Shown one piece after another: positions 26,531 through 32,000 of a DNA stretch of 32,000 nucleotides (position 1 is the first letter of the stretch; the number at the start of each line of letters is the position of its first letter). Both the position numbers and the translations under genes were made by a program. The notes beneath the pieces are model-generated. The model saw only the letters and a list, made by a program, of their open reading frames with translations, was not told where the DNA came from and ran no database searches. This DNA is from Verrucomicrobiota bacterium. Lineage in GTDB: Bacteria > Verrucomicrobiota > Verrucomicrobiia > Chthoniobacterales > UBA6821. The DNA lies in the NCBI GenBank assembly GCA_008932965.1, contig WBXG01000007.1, forward strand, positions 1 through 32,000. The letters are read 5' to 3'.

Positions 26531-27205
26531 ATGCCGCATTCCAAGATCACTCACGATACTGTTACTGCTGCAGTAAAAAAAGGAACGGGTAAAAACAAAT
26601 TACCCCATTCTTGGAAAGATCCACTTCATCTTTTAAGTCGTTTTCTTGTAAAACCTCACTCTGTGGGATCCATTTGGCCAAGTTCCCAGCACCTGGCTCG
26701 AGCAATGATTGATGGTGTTGCTCTGAAGCCCGGAGATGTCATTGTGGAGTATGGACCGGGAACAGGGCCTTTTACACAGCTTTTACGGAATCATGTAGCT
26801 GCGGGAGTCGACTATATCGGCATTGAATATGATAAAAATCTCTATAAAAATCTGACTACTCGTTTTTCAGAAATGCGTTTTCATCATGGTTCTGCAGAAG
26901 ATACAGCAGCCATTCTCAAGCATTATAAGCTCAAGCCAGCTTCTCTCATTATCTCTGGATTACCTTTTGCAAATATGCCAACAGCACTTCAGGAGCGTAT
27001 TCTCAATGCAACTCAAGAGGCACTCCTTGAGGATGGAATGTTCCGAACTTTTTCTTATCTCTTATCTTCAATGAGACCTCGTATTACTCACTTTCAAAAA
27101 ATGGTTTCTATCCGTTTCAATGAAAAGCATCAAAGTACAACAGTACTTCGAAACTTTCCTCCGGCACGTGTCTTTAGTTTTTCTCGACCAGTAATGCAAA
27201 AATGA
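26531..27205 (+). CDS. Class I SAM-dependent methyltransferase (COG3963 phospholipid N-methyltransferase-like)
   Basis: VGSIWPSSQHLARAM.....LKPGDVIVEYGPGTGPFTQ is the N-terminal signature plus motif I. Confidence 0.7.
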   Translation: MPHSKITHDTVTAAVKKGTGKNKLPHSWKDPLHLLSRFLVKPHSVGSIWPSSQHLARAMIDGVALKPGDVIVEYGPGTGPFTQLLRNHVAAGVDYIGIEYDKNLYKNLTTRFSEMRFHHGSAEDTAAILKHYKLKPASLIISGLPFANMPTALQERILNATQEALLEDGMFRTFSYLLSSMRPRITHFQKMVSIRFNEKHQSTTVLRNFPPARVFSFSRPVMQK

Positions 27206-27244
27206 GTTGCCCGCCCACAATTGCAAACATACTGCTCCGTTTCA

Positions 27245-27319
27245 AGTTATCCCCATCCGTATTGAAAAGTAAAACTAGTTTGGCTGCCTTGCATAGATTT
27301 GAACTATGACAAGCAGATT
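27245..27319. repeat. Direct repeat copy 1 (75 bp): 36 nt of tRNA-Gln trailer plus tRNA-Gln nt 37-76
   Basis: 74/75 identical to 27419..27493, with the single mismatch at 27279/27453. It contains the T-arm, the 3' acceptor strand and CCA of tRNA-Gln but no 5' half. Confidence 0.95.
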
Positions 27320-27418
27320 GACTCGCTCGCTCTCGCTCGTCTCGCCCCTTTGGGGTTGCTTTATCAAAGCAATCTACCCCGCGGCTTTGCAGCCGCCGGT
27401 GTTCAGTCTGAATCTGCT
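27320..27418 (+). repeat. 99-nt insert between the tRNA-Gln direct repeats, a copy of the nested hairpin module
   Basis: (TT)GACTCGCTCGCTCTCGCTCGTCTCGCCCCTTTGGGG-TTGCTTTatcAAAGCAA-TCTACCCC-GCGGCTttgcAGCCGC-CGGTG aligns with modules at 13361, 28505 (reverse), 28618 and 30005. It ends with TCTGAATCTGCT, an inverted 12-nt copy of the tRNA anticodon loop and 3' stem. Confidence 0.85.
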
Positions 27419-27493
27419 AGTTATCCCCATCCGTATTGAAAAGTAAAACTAGCTTGGCTGCCTTGCATAGATTTGAACTATGACAAGCAGATT
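27419..27493. repeat. Direct repeat copy 2 (75 bp), part of the intact tRNA-Gln locus
   Basis: See copy 1. The repeat boundary at 27493/27494 falls between the anticodon's third base and nucleotide 37. Confidence 0.95.
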
Positions 27494-27528
27494 CAGAGTC
27501 TGCTGTGCTACCGTTACACCACAAGGCA
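27455..27528 (-). tRNA. tRNA-Gln (anticodon CTG), 74 nt with encoded CCA
   Basis: Hand-folded cloverleaf: acceptor TGCCTTG/CAAGGCA (U1:A72, as in bacterial tRNA-Gln), D arm GTGT-AACGGTA-GCAC, anticodon arm GCAGA-CTCTGAA-TCTGC, 4-nt variable loop, T arm CATAG-TTCAAAT-CTATG, discriminator G, CCA. Confidence 0.88.
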
Positions 27529-27538
27529 ATACATTGTC

Positions 27539-28063
27539 TTATTCTGAAAAAAATTCCGGTGGAGCTGTTAAGCTCATGATGCCGCCAAATTTAGAATAAA
27601 CAAAGCGGGAGGAGGTGGTATTACCACGTGTTATTCCAGAAACCTCCGTTATTCCTTGGTTGGCTAATTGCTCGAGTGAGGCATACAAAAGAGCAGAGCC
27701 GAAACCACGATTACGATATTCCGTAAGAACCCAAGGGCCGCTCAGCAGGTGACAGGGAGCCTCCGGTCTCATATCAAGTATCGATACTCCAATAATGCGA
27801 TGACCATGAGCTATGAGAAGGCACGAAGGGGTATTGTTATCAATAAAAGCTCGTTTTACTGCTTCATGAATGGCATTAGTGGCAATAATTGTAGCATCAT
27901 GCCACTCTGTGTTCATTTTTAATGAAAGCAGAGCTACTTGTTTTACCATCTCCTTTTCATCATAGGAGGCTGGACGAACTGAAAATGGTGCTCCCAATTG
28001 AGGGCGATTAGGAAGCTTTACTGTTTTCCAATGAAAAAGATTCCAAGGTGTATTAGAAATCAT
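27539..28063 (-). CDS. GNAT-family N-acetyltransferase
   Basis: Acetyl-CoA binding motif VLTEYRNRGFGSALLYASLEQLANQGI (R/Q-x-x-G-x-G/A). Size is ~170 aa. Confidence 0.75.
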   Translation of the reverse strand: MISNTPWNLFHWKTVKLPNRPQLGAPFSVRPASYDEKEMVKQVALLSLKMNTEWHDATIIATNAIHEAVKRAFIDNNTPSCLLIAHGHRIIGVSILDMRPEAPCHLLSGPWVLTEYRNRGFGSALLYASLEQLANQGITEVSGITRGNTTSSRFVYSKFGGIMSLTAPPEFFSE

Positions 28064-28117
28064 GAATTAAATTTAATAAAAGAGGGGGTTATGAAAATTT
28101 CTTATTATAAAATGGCT

Positions 28118-28302
28118 TTAACCCGAATATTTCATCCTGATCTACTACGGAAGACGGGAAGCAAGGGTGGATGCTGCGTTAGGCTCCCATTTTGACTTGG
28201 ACAGTACCTACTCATACAGTCCTGCATCAAAATACGTGTCTGCCTTGCCCCATCAGCCTTCGCAGCTTCCTCGTCACGACTAGTATGAAATATTCGGTTT
28301 AA
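28118..28302 (+). mobile_element. TIR element, standard form (185 bp), TTAA at both ends
   Basis: TTAACCCGAATATTTCATCCTGATC...GACTAGTATGAAATATTCGGTTTAA. Core TACAGTCCTGCATCAAAATACGTGTCTGCC. No nested module. Confidence 0.9.
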
Positions 28303-28411
28303 GAAATATCGTGGCGATTCAAGTTTCGAATCAGGCAATAACACTAAGCTAGTTTTCACATTGGTCAAGTAGTGTCTGATCTCAATGAAAGCAGATGGAT
28401 CTATTTATGGG

Positions 28412-28765
28412 TTAACCCGCCTACTTCATACCGATTCTGCTGCAGCTTGCGAACACCTGATAGATACTGCGTCAGTCTCGAATTGCTCCTCGGGCAGTAT
28501 GACTACCGGCAGCGGGGAAGCTGCGGGAGAGATTGTCGCAAAGCGACAACCCGAAGGGCGAGACGAGCGAGAGCGAGCGAGTCAAACTACAGCCGTCGTC
28601 GCAATCCATCACCTTCGTTGACTCGCTCGCTCCCGTTCGTCTCGCCCTTTCAGGGCTGCCCCCTAAAGCCAGGGCAGTCTCCACCACGGTCTCCCGACCG
28701 CAGGTGGTTTCTGTATCAGGATTCGAGGCGCCTTGCGACGAACCAGTATGAAATATGCGGGTTAA
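28412..28765 (+). mobile_element. TIR element, composite form (354 bp), with two nested hairpin modules in inverted orientation (28505..28585 reverse, 28618..28707 forward)
   Basis: TTAACCCGCCTACTTCATACCGATTC...AACCAGTATGAAATATGCGGGTTAA. The left arm is nearly identical to the copy at 31368. Internal 30-nt inverted repeat GGGCGAGACGAGCGAGAGCGAGCGAGTCAA / TTGACTCGCTCGCTCCCGTTCGTCTCGCCC with a 32-nt spacer. Confidence 0.9.
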
Positions 28766-28824
28766 TTGAGGATGGACTATCAAGGAGAGCGCAGAAGTGG
28801 TAGCAATGATAACAATTATAGAAG

Positions 28825-29943
28825 TTACAAATAGAGTGCATTAACTAAACGCTGTGTTCGTGGCCCTGAAAGAACACCATGATGCATCACATTGGGTACA
28901 TAGGCGAAACCCCATTCACGTTCTGGATCAGCAAAGGCAAGAGTTCCTCCTGCTCCTGGATGGCCAAAAGCTCGAGGATTTTTTCCCATGATCTTGGAGT
29001 TATTATTTACCATTAATCCTGCTGAGAAAAAAGTTTCCTGCTGGAGTACCCGATCTATTCCAGATGCCATTGGTGTTTCCATGAGGTCGCGTGTTTTTTT
29101 ATTAAAAAAAGGACGATCCTCATCCATGGCCACAAGTGAGTAAAATTTGGCAAGTGCAGCAGCATTACTAATAGCACCTGAAGAAACAATAGAGGCTCGA
29201 CGTAGCTCTGGACGATTCATGGATGCCATTGGAAAACTTCCTCCGGGTTCTATGAATGCTCGTCGTGTCAGGGTAGTAGGATCAATGTAAGCAGCGCTAA
29301 AATCACTTGGTGGAGCTGCGGTTTTAGGTGGTATAATAGTTGCTGCTCGATCGAGATGTGCCTCCGGAAGACCAAACCAAAGATCAATTTCAAAAGGGTC
29401 TGCAAAATGTGTGCGCCAGTAGGAGGAGAGGGGGACTCCATCGCAAAGACGCCTTAAGAGTTCATCTACAAGAGAGCCGAAAGTACGAGCCCCATAACCA
29501 TGGCTCCCATCGTAGGGCCAGTTAGATGGCTGCTTAGCAAGAGCCTCAACAATTCCTGCATGATCAGTAAGCAAAAGCCCTTTTTGGTCGAGTGCAGCAA
29601 GACCAGCGCGATGCGAGAGGAGTTGAGCAATAGTAATATTTTCTTTACCGGCTTGTGCAAATTCTGGCCAGAATGTAGCCACTTTTTCCTCTAAAGAAAT
29701 GTTTTTTTCTTCAAGAGCATGAAGAAGAGTAGTAGCTGCAATTCCTTTTCCTGCTGACCAAATCAGCGAGAGTGTTCTCTCCGTCCAGGGTTTCGTTTGT
29801 GATGTATCACACCATCCCCCATACAAAGAGATGATTTTTTCTCCGCGGTGATAGAGAGCCAGAGAGGCCCCCATTTCAAGATCTTCGTCAAAATTATGTT
29901 GAAATGCACAGGAAAGTTGATCTGAAATTTTAGAATAGTTCAT
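28825..29943 (-). CDS. Beta-lactamase-fold serine hydrolase (class C / esterase-like)
   Basis: SxxK at LIWSAGKGIAATTLL and a C-terminal HPGAGGTLAFADPE (H/KxG-type motif). I chose the ATG at 29943 (MNYSKI...) over the upstream GTG at 29985. Confidence 0.75.
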   Translation of the reverse strand: MNYSKISDQLSCAFQHNFDEDLEMGASLALYHRGEKIISLYGGWCDTSQTKPWTERTLSLIWSAGKGIAATTLLHALEEKNISLEEKVATFWPEFAQAGKENITIAQLLSHRAGLAALDQKGLLLTDHAGIVEALAKQPSNWPYDGSHGYGARTFGSLVDELLRRLCDGVPLSSYWRTHFADPFEIDLWFGLPEAHLDRAATIIPPKTAAPPSDFSAAYIDPTTLTRRAFIEPGGSFPMASMNRPELRRASIVSSGAISNAAALAKFYSLVAMDEDRPFFNKKTRDLMETPMASGIDRVLQQETFFSAGLMVNNNSKIMGKNPRAFGHPGAGGTLAFADPEREWGFAYVPNVMHHGVLSGPRTQRLVNALYL

Positions 29944-29989
29944 GGTGGATAAGCTCGAAATCTTCCTCAAGTAGTGGGTGCTCACACAG

Positions 29990-30154
29990 CCACCATCGCC
30001 TTCTTTGACTCGCGCGATCCAGCTCGTTTCTTTTTTAAGGGCTTACTAACCTAACAACTGAGTTAGTAATCGCTCTGGTGGTCTTCCTGTCACGTCTGGT
30101 TTCTATACCAGGCCGCTTACCTTATAACATTTCAGTGTGAAATATCTGTGCTAG
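29990..30154 (+). repeat. Degenerate right portion of a composite TIR element (module plus right arm, no left arm)
   Basis: CCACCATCGCCTTCTTTGACTCGCGCG...TTTCTATACCAGG...CAGTGTGAAATATCTGTGCTAG parallels 28600..28765 of the composite copy. Contains the stem TTACTAAC/GTTAGTAA (30043..30069). Confidence 0.7.
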
Positions 30155-31215
30155 GCTATGGTTACCTCTTTGCAGAGATAGACATCTTGAATGGACTGAA
30201 TCAATTGAATTCCTTCAGCCATGGGGCGCTGAAAGGCTTTGCGTCCGCAGATAAGGCCTGTTCCTCCTGCACGTTTATTGATCACAGCTGTTTTAACAGC
30301 ATCAGCAAAATCGTGTTCGCCCGAAGCTCCTCCACTGTTGATAAGCCCAGCACGTCCCATGTAACAGTTGGCTACTTGATAGCGGCACAAGTCAATAGGA
30401 TGGTCTGAAGTAAGTTCAGTATATATGCGTTCATCGAGCTTTCCATAGCTGGAGTTACCTGTATTAAGAGCCTTGTAGCCGCCATTGTTCTCAGGAAGTT
30501 TTTGTTTGATGATATCTGCTTCGATGGTGACTCCGAGATGATTAGCTTGGCCAGTTAAGTCGGCCGAAACGTGATAATCCTTGTCTTTTTTGAATGCCGG
30601 ATTACGCAAGTAGCACCAGAGGACAGTAGCCATTCCAAGCTCATGAGCATGATGAAAGACCTCTGCAACCTCAACAATTTCTTTGTCGGCATCTTCAGAA
30701 CCAAAATAGATCGTGGCTCCGACTGCAGCTGCTCCCATGTCGTAGGCCTCTTCAACAGTACCAAACATAATTTCTTGATGTTTATTGGGGTAGGTGAGCA
30801 ATTCGTTGTGGTTAAGTTTTACGAGAAAAGGAATATGATGAGCATATTTACGAGCAACCATTCCAAGCACACCACAAGTAGAGGCAACGGCACTGCATCC
30901 TGCCTCAATAGCCAATCGTACAATGTTTTCAGGGTCAAAATAGATCGGATTTTTTGCAAAGCTAGCACCTGCAGAGTGCTCTACTCCTTGATCAACCGGG
31001 AGTATGGAAAGATAGCCTGTTCCACCAAGGCGGCCATGAGCATACATCCGCTGTAGATTGCCCAAAGTACGTAGATTACGATCAGAATGAGAAAAAATAC
31101 GGTCTACAAAATCAGGCCCGGGTAAATTCAAAAGCTCTTTTGCAATGGTCATCGACTTGTGCGTGAGAAGTGAGTCTGCTTCTGATCCGAGATATTGTTG
31201 AATAGTAGAAATCAT
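30151..31215 (-). CDS. fbaB: Class I fructose-bisphosphate aldolase (FbaB/DhnA type)
   Basis: ~354 aa. [19 protein letters not shown], the ADIIKQKLP Schiff-base lysine region and INSGGASG, typical of the E. coli FbaB family. The stop TAG lies within the CTAG terminus of the degenerate element (30151..30154). Confidence 0.88.
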   Translation of the reverse strand: MISTIQQYLGSEADSLLTHKSMTIAKELLNLPGPDFVDRIFSHSDRNLRTLGNLQRMYAHGRLGGTGYLSILPVDQGVEHSAGASFAKNPIYFDPENIVRLAIEAGCSAVASTCGVLGMVARKYAHHIPFLVKLNHNELLTYPNKHQEIMFGTVEEAYDMGAAAVGATIYFGSEDADKEIVEVAEVFHHAHELGMATVLWCYLRNPAFKKDKDYHVSADLTGQANHLGVTIEADIIKQKLPENNGGYKALNTGNSSYGKLDERIYTELTSDHPIDLCRYQVANCYMGRAGLINSGGASGEHDFADAVKTAVINKRAGGTGLICGRKAFQRPMAEGIQLIQSIQDVYLCKEVTIA

Positions 31216-31367
31216 AAAAAGAGTATTTAGAAGTTTGGTAATTTTTAGCTACTTGGTCCAATGAGTTTGGAATATCCTAGCGAAGTAAGTATTTAAATTA
31301 GTAGCATTAGCGGAAGTGTACAATTTCAAAATTGGAAAAAAGGAAATAAGGGTCAGGCTAACCCGCC

Positions 31368-31541
31368 CATTTCATACCGATTCTGCTGCGGCTTGCGAAC
31401 ACCTGATGGATACTGCGTCAGCTTCGAATTGCTCCTCGGGCAGTAGGGACTCATACAGCCCTACATCAAAATGCTCGCCTGCCTCACCCCATCAGCCCCC
31501 GCGGCCTCCTCGTCACGATCAGTATGAAATATCCGGGTTAA
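31368..31541 (+). mobile_element. TIR element, standard form (174 bp)
   Basis: CTAACCCGCCCATTTCATACCGATTC...GATCAGTATGAAATATCCGGGTTAA. Stem GTAGGG/CCCTAC around CTCATACAG. Core CATCAAAATGCTCGCCTGCC. Confidence 0.9.
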
Positions 31542-31550
31542 AAGTTCTGT

Positions 31551-32000
31551 TCACTTGCTTTTGTCAATATTCTTAACCTGACCCCTGTTTTTCTTGATCC
31601 AGGGAATGGTAGTTCGGAGGCGTTTTCCCACTCTTTCTATGGGATGCTTTTCTCCTTTTTTAAGAAGAGTATGATAATTTTTGCGTCCTTGCTGATCTTC
31701 ATTGATCCAATCTTGGGCAAACTTACCGGATTGAATATGATGAAGCACTTGTTTCATCCGTTTTTTTACTGAAGCATCGATAATTTTTGGTCCTACAGCG
31801 ACATCCCCATATTTTGCTGTTTCAGAAATGGAAGAACGCATCCCGCTAATCCCAGATTCATGAATGAGATCGACGGTCAGTTTTAATTCATGAAGCACTT
31901 CAAAATATGCTATTTCAGGTTGGTAGCCGTGTTCTATGAGTGTTTCAAATCCAGCATGGATAAGAGCACTAATACCACCACAGAGAATGGTTTGTTCACC
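31551..32000 (-). CDS. ilvC: Ketol-acid reductoisomerase, C-terminal part (5' end beyond the window)
   Basis: The frame is open to the window edge. [66 protein letters not shown] matches the KARI knotted domain. Confidence 0.9.
   Translation of the reverse strand, partial: GEQTILCGGISALIHAGFETLIEHGYQPEIAYFEVLHELKLTVDLIHESGISGMRSSISETAKYGDVAVGPKIIDASVKKRMKQVLHHIQSGKFAQDWINEDQQGRKNYHTLLKKGEKHPIERVGKRLRTTIPWIKKNRGQVKNIDKSK

Noticed and set aside
27281-27319. A second tRNA-Gln gene.
   Set aside because: Only nt 37-76 are present (3' anticodon stem, T arm, 3' acceptor strand, CCA). There is no 5' half, so no cloverleaf is possible. I annotated it as part of a direct repeat.
28372-28803. ORFs lying inside repeat elements that share peptides such as DQYEI(C/S)GL. 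These include 28385..28621, 28472..28783, 28533..28751, 31316..31576, 24330..24791, 13257..13448 and 25459..25680.
   Set aside because: The shared peptide is just the translated terminal inverted repeat (GATCAGTATGAAATATCCGGGTTAA). Frames are not conserved between copies, indels break them, and copies occur in both orientations.
27206-28824. A genomic island or prophage integrated at tRNA-Gln.
   Set aside because: There is no integrase, excisionase or phage gene. The direct repeats enclose only 99 nt. The adjacent GNAT gene has the same AT-rich composition as the rest of the window.
13234-31541. Whether the recurring ~25-nt motif could be a CRISPR array.
   Set aside because: The repeats are inverted pairs bounding 65-354 bp units, scattered between genes over 18 kb. 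They are not short direct repeats with regular unique spacers, and there are no cas genes.

Overview
This is an AT-rich bacterial chromosomal segment, about 40% GC by eye, carrying mostly housekeeping and cell-envelope genes. In order they are murA, a TolQ/ExbD/TonB-type cluster, ppk1, and a polysaccharide locus. That locus holds two tandem paralogous GT-B-like genes, a hexapeptide acetyltransferase and two GT4 transferases. Next come a STAS protein, a membrane GAF-PP2C phosphatase, grpE, dnaJ, sodA, dapL, queE, a GT9 heptosyltransferase, a D-Ala-D-Ala carboxypeptidase, pfk and a lipoprotein. The window ends with clpS, ybeY, a SAM methyltransferase, tRNA-Gln(CTG), a GNAT, a beta-lactamase-fold hydrolase, a class I FBP aldolase and the 3' part of ilvC. 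The gene content (DapL lysine route, FbaB-type aldolase, RsbU-like phosphatase) fits a PVC-type or similar lineage, but I cannot assign a taxon from sequence alone.

The main unexplained signal is non-coding. A GC-rich family of roughly 175-205 bp elements with about 25 bp terminal inverted repeats fills most intergenic gaps. I count 7 copies with both ends and at least 8 solo or truncated ends, about 2 kb by hand count. The elements are flanked by a YTAR tetranucleotide (mostly TTAA) that repeatedly coincides with gene stop codons. In two cases an element end supplies the C-terminal tail of an enzyme.

A second, smaller module of about 80-100 nt carries three hairpins. Two of the stems keep their position but change sequence between copies. 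This module is nested in some elements in either orientation, and it also sits between a 74/75-identical 75 bp direct repeat that duplicates the 3' half of tRNA-Gln, starting exactly after the anticodon.

The first ~340 nt are compositionally foreign. They encode an L16 fragment fused in frame to a truncated PrmC, which is probably a chimeric or rearranged junction. I found no CRISPR array, rRNA, transposase or integrase.
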